Source: an uncultured Gemmatimonadales bacterium (GTDB taxonomy: Bacteria; Gemmatimonadota; Gemmatimonadetes; Longimicrobiales; RSA9). Taken from it: DNA of 64,000 nt. The position numbers and the translations under genes are program-made. Of this stretch, positions 43,816 to 52,504 are shown one piece after another. The notes beneath the pieces were generated by a model, which did no database searches, was not told the origin of the DNA, and saw only the letters and a program-made list of their open reading frames with translations. The stretch spans positions 384,001-448,000 of the forward strand of contig CAWFKH010000003.1 in assembly GCA_963816355.1 (NCBI GenBank), in the 5' to 3' direction. Numbering within the stretch: the first letter of the stretch is position 1; each line of letters opens with the position of its first letter.

Positions 43816-44039
43816 GTCCGCGACCGCGGCGGCCCCCTCCCGCCACCGAAGCGATCCGCGGGATGCGCATCGAGGTGCTCGTCCGGGACTACCCGGAGAC
43901 GCTCGCCCTCCTCGACGCCGCCGGCATCGACGTGCGGGCGCGGGCGCCGGCGACGCTCGCGACGGCCGCGGACGGCGACGCGCTCGACGCGCTGACGCGC
44001 CGCGTCGGCGAACGTCTCGCCTGGCGGGCGGAACCGTGA
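43812..44039 (+). CDS. Small hypothetical protein (ScdA_N/DUF1858-like)
   Basis: Overlaps both neighbours by 4 nt; MRIEVLVRDYPETLALL..GID. Confidence 0.5.
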   Translation: MSPRPRRPPPATEAIRGMRIEVLVRDYPETLALLDAAGIDVRARAPATLATAADGDALDALTRRVGERLAWRAEP

Positions 44040-44818
44040 ACGCGTCCCGCGTCACGCTGCTCACCGACTTCGGCACCGCGGACGGCTACGTGGGCGCGAT
44101 GAAGGCGGTGATCGCCTCCATCACGCCGCTCGCGGCGGTCGACGACGTCGCGCACGACATCACACCGGGAGACGTCGCGGGGGCCGCCCTCGCGCTGCGC
44201 CGCTACTGGCGCATCTATCCCGCCGGCACGGTCCACATCGTGGTGATCGACCCGGGCGTCGGCAGCGCGCGGCGTGCGCTGGCGCTCGAGGCGGACGAGC
44301 GGTTGTTCGTCGGACCGGACAACGGCGTCTTCTCCCAGGTGCTGCGGGAGGCACCCTCGTGGCGCGCCGTGGCTCTGACCGAGACGGAGTATTTCCGGGA
44401 GCGCGTGTCGGCGACGTTCCACGGCCGCGACGTCTTCGCGCCGGTCGCGGCACACCTCGCGCGCGGGGTCGCGCTGCAGCGCTTCGGTCCGGCGGTCGAG
44501 AATCCGACGCGACTGGTCTGGCCGGAGCCGGTGCGCGATGCGAGCGGCGTCTCCGGCGCGGTGATGCACGCCGATCGCTTCGGCAACCTGGTGACGAACA
44601 TTCCCGCGGCGTGGTACGCGCCGGGACTGCTCGTGTGGGTCGGTGGCCGGACCGCCGGCCCGCTGCGCCGCACGTACGCGGACGTCGAGCCGGGCGAGCT
44701 TCTGGCTCTCGTCGGCTCCACGGGGCTGGTCGAGGTGTCGGTACGCGATGGCAGCGCGGCGGAGGTGCTCGAGGCGGAGCGCGGCACCCCCGTGCGCGTG
44801 GCGAGGGAAGAGGCCTAG
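44036..44818 (+). CDS. SAM hydroxide adenosyltransferase (DUF62) family
   Basis: LLTDFG, VIDPGVG, GPDNG, TFHGRDVF, DRFGN. Confidence 0.92.
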   Translation: MNASRVTLLTDFGTADGYVGAMKAVIASITPLAAVDDVAHDITPGDVAGAALALRRYWRIYPAGTVHIVVIDPGVGSARRALALEADERLFVGPDNGVFSQVLREAPSWRAVALTETEYFRERVSATFHGRDVFAPVAAHLARGVALQRFGPAVENPTRLVWPEPVRDASGVSGAVMHADRFGNLVTNIPAAWYAPGLLVWVGGRTAGPLRRTYADVEPGELLALVGSTGLVEVSVRDGSAAEVLEAERGTPVRVAREEA

Positions 44819-44843
44819 ACGGGTCCTGGGCGGTCGCGCGGGC

Positions 44844-45068
44844 TCAGAGGTCCAGATCCGCTCCCGAGCCGCCGGTGTGCTGCCGACGCGGCGCCAGGAA
44901 GCGCACGATCAGGTAGCCGAGCGCGACGATCGGCACGATGCGGAACAGCAGGATCCCGGCCAGTCCGAGCGCGGCCTTGAGGAAGACGCCAATGCAGGCG
45001 AGAAGCACGCCGAGCACGACGAGGCCCACGAGGCCGACGAGGAAGAAGGTCACGAGCGCCGCGATCAT
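44844..45068 (-). CDS. Small 2-TM membrane protein
   Basis: AGGAG RBS, hydrophobic; last gene of ECF operon. Confidence 0.65.
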   Translation of the reverse strand: MIAALVTFFLVGLVGLVVLGVLLACIGVFLKAALGLAGILLFRIVPIVALGYLIVRFLAPRRQHTGGSGADLDL

Positions 45069-45083
45069 GGTGAGCTCCTGTGG

Positions 45084-45950
45084 CTACGAGGTCCAGACGA
45101 TGTTGACCGCCCCGAAGGCGGAGTCGATGTCCAGCTCGAGGTGGTGGTCGGCGTCCGCCCAGTCGCTCGAGTAGTACGTGCCGCCCCGCTTCGTGAAGCC
45201 CTCGCTGTCGAACGACGCGAGAAAACCCGACTTGTTCACCCGCACGCCGATCCCGCGCGGGATGCGCAACGTGATCGAGCCGACGCCCATCTGCACGTTC
45301 GCCTGCAGGTCCTCGCGCCAGTCGCCGCCGAAGTCCAGCGTCACGTCCGACACGCCGCCCTGCACGTCCAGCCGCGCGGCGTTCGCGTTGGCGAGATCCC
45401 TCGCCACGAACGACGCGGCACCGATCTTCAGCTCGAGCGATTCCATGCGCACCGGATTCGGCCGCGAGAAGCGCATCGACGTCTCGCTCGCCCCGGTCGA
45501 CACCTGAGCCCTGCGGATGCGGAGCCCGCCGAGCTCGAGGTCGGCCTCCACCGCGCCGAACTTCAGGTCAAGGTCGAGAGGGGTGCCGGAGCCGAGCTCG
45601 AGGTCGAGCCGCCCCGACTCGTGGTTCTTGACCTTGATCCCCTTCCGGCCGCCGTCGAGCCCGATGCGGAGCGTCCCGGCGTCGTAGCGTGTCACGGGGC
45701 TGAAGACGCTGGCGTCGTAGCGGAGCTGCGCCTTGTAGAGGAGGTCGGCCGCGCCGGGCCGCACCTTGAGCTGACCAGCGCCGTACTCGAGCTCCACGTG
45801 CATCGCGTCCTCGCCGGACGCGCGCCGCATCGCGGTGACGGTGCGCCAGTCCTGGGCGGCCGCCGGCGTTGCCGCGAGGCCGAGCAGTGCGGCCGCGAGG
45901 AGCGCGGCGGCCGCCGTCGCCCCGGCGCCCGTTCGGTAGGGACTAGGCAT
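45084..45950 (-). CDS. Secreted toast-rack/LiaF-like beta-solenoid protein
   Basis: Signal peptide, repeated LxLxxGAxxxxL units. Confidence 0.75.
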   Translation of the reverse strand: MPSPYRTGAGATAAAALLAAALLGLAATPAAAQDWRTVTAMRRASGEDAMHVELEYGAGQLKVRPGAADLLYKAQLRYDASVFSPVTRYDAGTLRIGLDGGRKGIKVKNHESGRLDLELGSGTPLDLDLKFGAVEADLELGGLRIRRAQVSTGASETSMRFSRPNPVRMESLELKIGAASFVARDLANANAARLDVQGGVSDVTLDFGGDWREDLQANVQMGVGSITLRIPRGIGVRVNKSGFLASFDSEGFTKRGGTYYSSDWADADHHLELDIDSAFGAVNIVWTS

Positions 45951-47205
45951 GGGGACCCGACTCGTAGAGGGGGATCTCTTCCGACTCGAGGCCGCTGCGT
46001 CGCGCGAGCGGCCGCGTGCCGCCCCGCGACAGCAGGATCGCGCCAAAGCCGATCGTGAGCGCCGCCCACGTCAGCACGCCGCCGAGGAACATCAGGATCC
46101 CGCGCACGAAGCCGAGCCACGGTCCCGCGATCTGGACGACGTGGCCCGCGACGAAGAGCGCGAGCAGCAGCCCCAGCCCGGTCATCAGGTAGTAGTACGA
46201 GTTGCCGCGGCTGAACCAGTCGCTTCCCTCCAGCCGGCGCTCGGCCAGCGCCTCGCCCGCCGCGTGGCCCACCGCGAGGTAGCCGAAGAGCACGGCCACC
46301 GCGACGGCCACCGGGAAGAGCGGGATCCACGCGATCAGCAGGGGGATCCCGACGATCGAGATGGCGAGGCCGATGATGCCGAGGATGAACACCGGCAGCG
46401 CGAGGAAGGAGCCGGCGAGGCCGACCGCCCACGAGCGCATCGTGTGGTGGCGCGCGGTGTCGGCCACGCCCTCGAGGTAGCGGCGGCCGAAGAAGACGGC
46501 GGCGAAGCCGAGGCCGAGCAGCACGGCGTAGAGCGCGAGCGTCGCGAGGACGCCGGTGAAGCCGCGCCCGATGTAGCGCAGCGGCCGGCTCCAGTCGGAG
46601 CCGCGGTCGCGGACGGCGACGGCGCGCGAGGTGCGGCGGCTCTCGAGGTCCTGCACCATGGACTCGAGCTCGTCGATGCGGCTCTGCAGCCGCACCACGC
46701 GCTCGTCGCCGGTGCCGGCGATCGAATCGGCCGCGCGGACGGCGGCGACCTCGCCCTTGAGCAGGGCGGACTCGAGGGCGATGTCGAGTTGCTTGCCGAC
46801 GTCGCTGCCGCCGGGCGCCGACCAGCCGACGAGCATCGCGCGGAGCCCGTCGTTGGGCGTGTCCATCGCCGCGTTCAGGAGATCGCGCCAGCTGCGGTCG
46901 AGCGCATCGCCGCGCTCGTAGGAGCCGATGCGGTCGCCGCCCACGAGGACGTCGCCATCCTTCAGCTCGAGGTGCAGCTTTCGTCCGCCGGCGAGCTCCA
47001 GCGTGAGCGAGGCGTCGTCGCGCGAGAGGTCCACCTCGCTCGCCTGGATCGCGTCCAGGTCCGCGGCCTGTTTCGGCGCGTCTGGGGCGGCGACGGCGGG
47101 GGCGCTCGGCGGCGACGCCGGCGCCTTCGGGGCGCCGGCCTGCGCGAGGAGGCTTCCCGGCAGGAGGAGGCCGAGCGCCAGCGCGAACGCGGCGGGCCGG
47201 CGCAT
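45943..47205 (-). CDS. Signal-peptide protein with C-terminal multi-TM domain
   Basis: Signal peptide, coiled coil, ISIVGIPLL and GFGAILLSRGG TM region. Confidence 0.75.
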   Translation of the reverse strand: MRRPAAFALALGLLLPGSLLAQAGAPKAPASPPSAPAVAAPDAPKQAADLDAIQASEVDLSRDDASLTLELAGGRKLHLELKDGDVLVGGDRIGSYERGDALDRSWRDLLNAAMDTPNDGLRAMLVGWSAPGGSDVGKQLDIALESALLKGEVAAVRAADSIAGTGDERVVRLQSRIDELESMVQDLESRRTSRAVAVRDRGSDWSRPLRYIGRGFTGVLATLALYAVLLGLGFAAVFFGRRYLEGVADTARHHTMRSWAVGLAGSFLALPVFILGIIGLAISIVGIPLLIAWIPLFPVAVAVAVLFGYLAVGHAAGEALAERRLEGSDWFSRGNSYYYLMTGLGLLLALFVAGHVVQIAGPWLGFVRGILMFLGGVLTWAALTIGFGAILLSRGGTRPLARRSGLESEEIPLYESGPHA

Positions 47206-47212
47206 CGTCGGA

Positions 47213-47857
47213 TCAGAAGCTGAATGTCGCATAATGCTCATCCCGCCTAGGGGTGCGGAACAGGTTGCGGTAGAGGACCCACGCCGAAGCAATGGTCAGT
47301 GTCGCGAAGAGAGCGGCGGCCGCGCCGATCGGGCCCGCGCCGCGCACCGAGAGCGCGTTCAGGGCGTCCGCGATCCAGACGCCGGCCGCGCTGTGACTCA
47401 CGAGGTCGAACGCGCGGGCGGGCAGCACGGCGAACGCGGCCATCACCTGGCGGGTCCCGAAGGAGAACAATCCCTGAACCGTGATCCAGGGGCGGGTCAG
47501 CACCCACGCCAGGATCGCCGAGAGGCCGAGCGTCGGCAGGCCGAGCATCGCGGCGACGAGGGTCCACGCGCGCCGCGTCTTCGGCACCACGCGATCGGCC
47601 AGGGCGAGCGCGCGGGCTCCGAGCGGCTGCTGGATCCGGACGGACGCCATCACGCGGTCCGCGAAGCCGGCCGCGGGCTCGAGCTCCGGCAGATCTGCGA
47701 GCGCGCTGAAGAGCGTGCGCCATTCCTCTACCTCCGCCCGGCAGCGCGCGCAGGCGAGCAGATGCGACTCGACGATCGCGGCGTCGCTCGCCGCGTGTTC
47801 GCCGGCCGCATAGGCCTCCAGCCGCTCCGGCTCCGGGTGGATATAGGTTTCGGACAC
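47213..47857 (-). CDS. Zinc-binding anti-sigma factor (zf-HC2) with TM helices
   Basis: H...HLLACARC motif; follows ECF sigma. Confidence 0.85.
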   Translation of the reverse strand: MSETYIHPEPERLEAYAAGEHAASDAAIVESHLLACARCRAEVEEWRTLFSALADLPELEPAAGFADRVMASVRIQQPLGARALALADRVVPKTRRAWTLVAAMLGLPTLGLSAILAWVLTRPWITVQGLFSFGTRQVMAAFAVLPARAFDLVSHSAAGVWIADALNALSVRGAGPIGAAAALFATLTIASAWVLYRNLFRTPRRDEHYATFSF

Positions 47858-47897
47858 CTTGAATCGCTCCGTGGTCCCGTGTTTCGCTATCCTGCCC

Positions 47898-47924
47898 TAC
47901 GCAGGGCAGGCCGCCGCGGTTTCA
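47898..47924 (-). promoter_or_regulatory. ECF (SigW-like) promoter upstream of anti-sigma
   Basis: TGAAAC-N17-CGTA on minus strand. Confidence 0.6.
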
Positions 47925-48512
47925 ACATCGAAGGTGCTCGAGCCGCTCGCGCAGCTCGAGCCTACCCCTGTGGATGAAGGTCTTCACGGTGCCGAGAGGC
48001 ACGTCCATGATCTCGGCGATCTCCTCGTACGGTCGACCCTCCACGTGGCGGAGCACGATCGCCGTCCGGTAGTCGTCGCGAAGCTCCGCGATCGCCGCCT
48101 CGATCTCACTGCCGAGCTCGCGTCCCTCCACGAACGCCTCCGGCGTGGGCTCGTCGGACGCGACGATCGGCGCGCGTGCCGCCGCTTCCTCGCCGTCGCG
48201 AACGTGCGGCGAGCCGTCCAGCGAGAGCGTGGGCAGCTCCTTCCGCCGCAGGTCGTCGAGCGCCGTGTTGTGCGCGATCTTGAAGATCCAGGAACTGAAC
48301 TTGAACTGCGGTTTGTACCGGCCGATGTTGTTGAGGACCTTGACGAACGTGTCCTGCGCCAGGTCCTCCGCCTTCTCACGGTCGCGCACGAGCCGGTAGA
48401 TCAGGGAGAATACGGGACGCTCGTACCGGCGAATCAACTCGCGGTACGCCTTCTCGCTCCCGGCTTCGGCCCGGGCAACGATGTCCTGGTCGGTGAGCTG
48501 GCTCAGGTCCAC
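47922..48512 (-). CDS. ECF RNA polymerase sigma factor (SigW/RpoE-like)
   Basis: AEDLAQDTF, FSSWIFKIAHN, YEEIAEIMDVPLGTVKT. Confidence 0.95.
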   Translation of the reverse strand: MDLSQLTDQDIVARAEAGSEKAYRELIRRYERPVFSLIYRLVRDREKAEDLAQDTFVKVLNNIGRYKPQFKFSSWIFKIAHNTALDDLRRKELPTLSLDGSPHVRDGEEAAARAPIVASDEPTPEAFVEGRELGSEIEAAIAELRDDYRTAIVLRHVEGRPYEEIAEIMDVPLGTVKTFIHRGRLELRERLEHLRC

Positions 48513-48555
48513 GTCTTCGGGGGTGCGCGCAAAGGCCTGTACCGTTGGTCGACCC

Positions 48556-48582
48556 TACGGGAGCCGACGATCCCGGGTTTCA
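48556..48582 (-). promoter_or_regulatory. ECF (SigW-like) autoregulatory promoter
   Basis: TGAAAC-N17-CGTA on minus strand, 44 nt before sigma start. Confidence 0.65.
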
Positions 48583-48688
48583 GAACGGGACTCCGCCGCG
48601 CCGGCCCGTCGCGGGCCGGACTTGAAGCGGAGCCCCCCGGCGGCATACCTTCGGCGGTCGCGTGTCCCCACCTCCCTCGAGCGAAGCG

Positions 48689-49459
48689 ATGGCCGCCACT
48701 CCCACCCCGACCGACGCGCTCCCCCCGGAGCGCGAGAAGGCGGCCGCCGTGCGGCGCATGTTCGGCGCGATTGCGAGCCGCTACGACCTGCTGAACCACC
48801 TTCTCAGCCTGAACCGCGACCGCGCATGGCGCAGGAGGGCCGTCGATCTGCTCCTCGCACGGCGTGATACCGCGCGGCGCGGCCGGGGTGCCTCCGCGCC
48901 GATCCACGGCCGTTTCCTCGACGCGTGCGCCGGCACGTTCGACTTCGCCCTCGAGCTCGCCCGCAGGCCCCGCTTCGCCGGCAGCGTCGTCGCCTTCGAC
49001 TTCGCCTATCCCATGATGGCGGAGGGGCGCCGCAAGCTCCGCGACGCGCGGGTCGCGCCGGCGTGCGCCGACGCGCTCCGGCTGCCGTTCCCCGACGCCG
49101 CCTTCGACGGCGCCACCGTCGGCTTCGGCGTGCGCAACCTCGCCGACATCGACGCCGGCCTGCGCGAGCTGTGCCGCGTGCTGCGGCCGGGCGCGCCGCT
49201 GGTCGTGCTGGAGTTCACCACCCCCGGCTGGCAGCCGTTCCGCGCGCTGTACCTGTTCTATTTCCTCCGCGTACTGCCGCTCGTGGGGCGGACGGTGTCC
49301 GGGCACGCGAGCGCCTACTCCTACCTCCCCGCCTCCGTGCTGCACTTCCCGGAGCCGCCCGAGCTCGCGCGCCGCATGGGTGCGGCGGGCTTCGACGGCG
49401 TCGGCTGGCGTCGCTATTTCGGCGGCGTCGTCGCGGCGCACATAGGCACGCGGCGGTGA
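48689..49459 (+). CDS. ubiE: Ubiquinone/menaquinone C-methyltransferase (UbiE/MenG)
   Basis: MFGAIASRYDLLNHLLS, GFGVRN, LEF, AYSYLPAS. Confidence 0.92.
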   Translation: MAATPTPTDALPPEREKAAAVRRMFGAIASRYDLLNHLLSLNRDRAWRRRAVDLLLARRDTARRGRGASAPIHGRFLDACAGTFDFALELARRPRFAGSVVAFDFAYPMMAEGRRKLRDARVAPACADALRLPFPDAAFDGATVGFGVRNLADIDAGLRELCRVLRPGAPLVVLEFTTPGWQPFRALYLFYFLRVLPLVGRTVSGHASAYSYLPASVLHFPEPPELARRMGAAGFDGVGWRRYFGGVVAAHIGTRR

Positions 49460-49484
49460 GGCGGGCGGGCCGTGCGGGTGCGCC

Positions 49485-50426
49485 TCACGCTTCCACGGTC
49501 GCCTCGGCGCGGTAGCCCTGGGCCACGCCGGCGACCACCATCACGAGGCCGATCCAGCCATACGCCGTGAGGTTCTGCCCGAAGAGGAGCAGCGCCAGGA
49601 GTGCTCCCACCACCGGCTCCGCGGTCGCGGCGACGGCGGCGGGCGCCGCCTCGATGCGGCGGACGCCGGCGAAGAAGAGGAAGTTGGCGATCACCGTGCC
49701 GCCCCCGAGCGCCACGATGTAGCCCCAGCCGGCGGGCGTCGCGGGCGGCTGGGGCGCGTGGCCGAAGGCGGGCAGCGCGAGGCCGAGCAGGATCGTGCCG
49801 CCGACGAGCTCGAGGAAGAGGACGCGCACCGCGCCGTAGCGCGGCACCGCCCAGCGCGCGAGCAGCGTCGTCGAGGCGTAGCTCACGGCCGAGACGAGGC
49901 CGCCCACGACGCCGAGCGTGGTGACGGCGACGGCGGCGCCGCGCGCGCCCATCACCGTGAGTCCGGCGCCGAACATGACCATCACGGCGAGCGCGAAGCG
50001 CATCGGCGTCAGCCGTTCGCCGAGCAGCGTGGCGCCGAAGATCGCCACCAGGACCGGTGCGGTGTAGAGGAGCGCGACGGCGGACGCGACACCGGCGCGC
50101 GCGATCGCGAGCTGGTAGGCGACCTCGAATGCGGCGACGAGGGCCCCGCCGAGCAGTCCGACGACGAGGATCGCGCGGCGGTCGACGCGGAAGAGCCACG
50201 GCCGGAAGAGGCCGAAGGCGAGGAAGCCGAGGCTGGCGAGCAGGATGCGCCAGAAGCCGACATCCGTGATCGCGGCGCCCTCCGCGTAGAGCGCGGTGCT
50301 GAGCGGGCCGGTCGTGCCCCACAGCGCGCCCGCGCCGAGGGCGAACAGATAGCCGGAGATCGGGGCGGCGCCGCCGCGCGCAGGGGCGGCGGCGGCCGCG
50401 CCGGAGGACTCGATATTGGTCGACAT
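49485..50426 (-). CDS. EamA/DMT family transporter
   Basis: ALWGT, LLYTAP, GERL, AEPV; about 10 TM. Confidence 0.88.
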   Translation of the reverse strand: MSTNIESSGAAAAAPARGGAAPISGYLFALGAGALWGTTGPLSTALYAEGAAITDVGFWRILLASLGFLAFGLFRPWLFRVDRRAILVVGLLGGALVAAFEVAYQLAIARAGVASAVALLYTAPVLVAIFGATLLGERLTPMRFALAVMVMFGAGLTVMGARGAAVAVTTLGVVGGLVSAVSYASTTLLARWAVPRYGAVRVLFLELVGGTILLGLALPAFGHAPQPPATPAGWGYIVALGGGTVIANFLFFAGVRRIEAAPAAVAATAEPVVGALLALLLFGQNLTAYGWIGLVMVVAGVAQGYRAEATVEA

Positions 50427-51417
50427 GGGTCGGAATGTAAGGCCGCAACCCGCACCGCCGCAGCCCGCCGCGGCGAACGCGGCGGAGGCGCAGGCTCCGG
50501 CGATCCGCTGTGAGGGCCTGCGCAAGCGCTATGGCGACGTCGTCGCCGTGGACGGGCTCGACCTGCGCGTGGAGAGCGGCGAGTGCTTCGGCCTGCTCGG
50601 GCCGAACGGCGCCGGGAAGACGACGACGATCGAGATCCTGGAGGGGCTGCTCGAGCCGGACGCCGGCCGCGTCGAGGTCCTCGGCCAGGCGTGGAGCGGC
50701 GGCGGCCGCCGCCTGCGCGAGCGCCTCGGCATCCAGCTGCAGCAGACGAAGCTGCCGGACAAGCTGACGGTCGCGGAGACGGTGCGCCTCTTCCGCAGCT
50801 TCTACCGGCGAGGCCCGTCGGTCGAGGAGATGATCGACGTCGTGCAGCTCCGCGAGAAGTGCGACGCGCGCGTGGCCCGCCTCTCCGGCGGTCAGCGGCA
50901 GCGACTGGCGCTGGCGTGCGCCCTCGTCGGCGATCCGGAGCTGCTCTTCCTCGACGAGCCGACCACCGGCCTCGACCCGCAGTCGCGGCGCGCGCTGTGG
51001 GAGCAGGTCGAGGCGTACCGCGCGAGCGGCCGCACCGTGCTCCTCACGACGCACTACATGGAGGAGGCGGCGCGACTCTGCGACCGCGTCGCGATCGTCG
51101 ACCACGGCCGCGTGATCGCGCTCGGCCGCCCCGCCGACCTCGTCGCCTCCCTCGGCGGCGAGCAGGTGATCGAGTTCACGCTGCGCGACGGCGGCGCGGC
51201 GCGGCTGCCGGCCCTCGAGACGATCCGCGGCGTGATCGGCCTGCGGCGGCGCGGGGACGGCGTGGCGCTCGACGTCCGCGAACTGCACGAGACGGTGCCG
51301 GCGCTGCTCGACGCGCTCGCGGGCGCCGGGCTCGAGCTGAGCGGCCTCTCGACGCACCAGGCGACGCTGGAAGACGTCTTCGTCTCGCTCACCGGCCGCA
51401 AGCTGCGGGAGGAGTGA
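50425..51417 (+). CDS. ABC transporter ATP-binding protein (drug-export type)
   Basis: GPNGAGKT, LSGGQRQR, LDEPTTGLD, TTHYMEEA. Confidence 0.93.
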   Translation: MGRNVRPQPAPPQPAAANAAEAQAPAIRCEGLRKRYGDVVAVDGLDLRVESGECFGLLGPNGAGKTTTIEILEGLLEPDAGRVEVLGQAWSGGGRRLRERLGIQLQQTKLPDKLTVAETVRLFRSFYRRGPSVEEMIDVVQLREKCDARVARLSGGQRQRLALACALVGDPELLFLDEPTTGLDPQSRRALWEQVEAYRASGRTVLLTTHYMEEAARLCDRVAIVDHGRVIALGRPADLVASLGGEQVIEFTLRDGGAARLPALETIRGVIGLRRRGDGVALDVRELHETVPALLDALAGAGLELSGLSTHQATLEDVFVSLTGRKLREE

Positions 51418-52475
51418 TGCGCGCCTTCGACCGCTCGCCGCTCGCACAGCTCACGCTCGCCCGCGTCCGCGACTTCCTGCGCGAGCCGGAAGCCGTGTTC
51501 TGGACCTTCTTCTTCCCGACCGTGCTCGCGCTCGCGCTCGGCATCGCCTTTCGCGAGAAGGGCCCCGCGCCGGTCCTCGCGGGCGTCGTCGTGACCGACC
51601 CCGGCGACCGGCCGGCAGCGGATTCCCTCGCCGCGCGCCTCGAGGCGGCGGCCGGGATCCACGCGCGTCTGCTGGCGCCGGCGGCGGCGGAGCACGCGCT
51701 CGGGAGGGGCGACGTCGCCATCCTCGTCACGCCGCGCGACGCCGGCTACGCCTACCGCTACGACCCCGCTCGCGAGGAGAGCCGCGTCGCCCGCCTCGCC
51801 GTCGACGACGCCCTGCAGCGCGCGGCCGGCCGGCGCGACGTCGCCGCGACGCGGGACGTGACGGTGCGCGAGCGCGGCGCGCGCTACATCGACTTCCTGA
51901 TTCCCGGCCTGATCGGGCTCAACCTGCTGAGCACGGGGCTCTGGGGCGTCGGCTACACGATCGTCCGCATGCGGGGCGACTTCCTGCTCAAGCGCCTCGT
52001 GGCGACGCCGATGCGGCGCGGCGAGTTCCTGCTCTCCTTCATGCTCGGCCGCCTCGCCTTCCTCGTCGCGGAGCTGGTCGTGCTGCTCGCCTTCGCCCGC
52101 ATCGCCTTCGGCGTGCAGGTGCGCGGCTCCCTCGCCGCCGTCGGCTTCATCGTCGTCCTCGGCGCCTTCAGCTTCACCGGCCTCGGGCTCCTGATCGCGA
52201 GCCGCGCCCGCACGGTCGAGGGCGTGAACGGCCTCATGAACCTCGCCTCCGTTCCGATGTGGGTGCTCTCCGGCGTCTTCTTCTCCGCGGAACGGTTCCC
52301 GGCCCTGCTGCACCCGCTGATCGCCGCGCTGCCGCTCACCGCGCTGCTCGACGCGCTGCGCGCGGTGATGCTCGACGGCGCGCCGCTGCTCGCGACGACG
52401 ACCTCGCTGCTCGTCGTCGCCGGCTGGGGCGCGGCGTGCTTCGGCCTCGCGCTCGGGCTCTTCCGCTGGCGGTGA
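51417..52475 (+). CDS. ABC-2 type permease
   Basis: FWTFFFP, YIDFLIPG, LKRL..TP, LSGVFF. Confidence 0.9.
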   Translation: MRAFDRSPLAQLTLARVRDFLREPEAVFWTFFFPTVLALALGIAFREKGPAPVLAGVVVTDPGDRPAADSLAARLEAAAGIHARLLAPAAAEHALGRGDVAILVTPRDAGYAYRYDPAREESRVARLAVDDALQRAAGRRDVAATRDVTVRERGARYIDFLIPGLIGLNLLSTGLWGVGYTIVRMRGDFLLKRLVATPMRRGEFLLSFMLGRLAFLVAELVVLLAFARIAFGVQVRGSLAAVGFIVVLGAFSFTGLGLLIASRARTVEGVNGLMNLASVPMWVLSGVFFSAERFPALLHPLIAALPLTALLDALRAVMLDGAPLLATTTSLLVVAGWGAACFGLALGLFRWR

Positions 52476-52504
52476 CGCGGCCGGGCTCCCTATCTTGGCG
52501 GCCC

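Noticed and set aside
44036..44818. Fluorinase/chlorinase natural-product gene
   Set aside because: TFHGRD-type DUF62 motifs and housekeeping context fit SAM hydrolase; no biosynthetic cluster nearby
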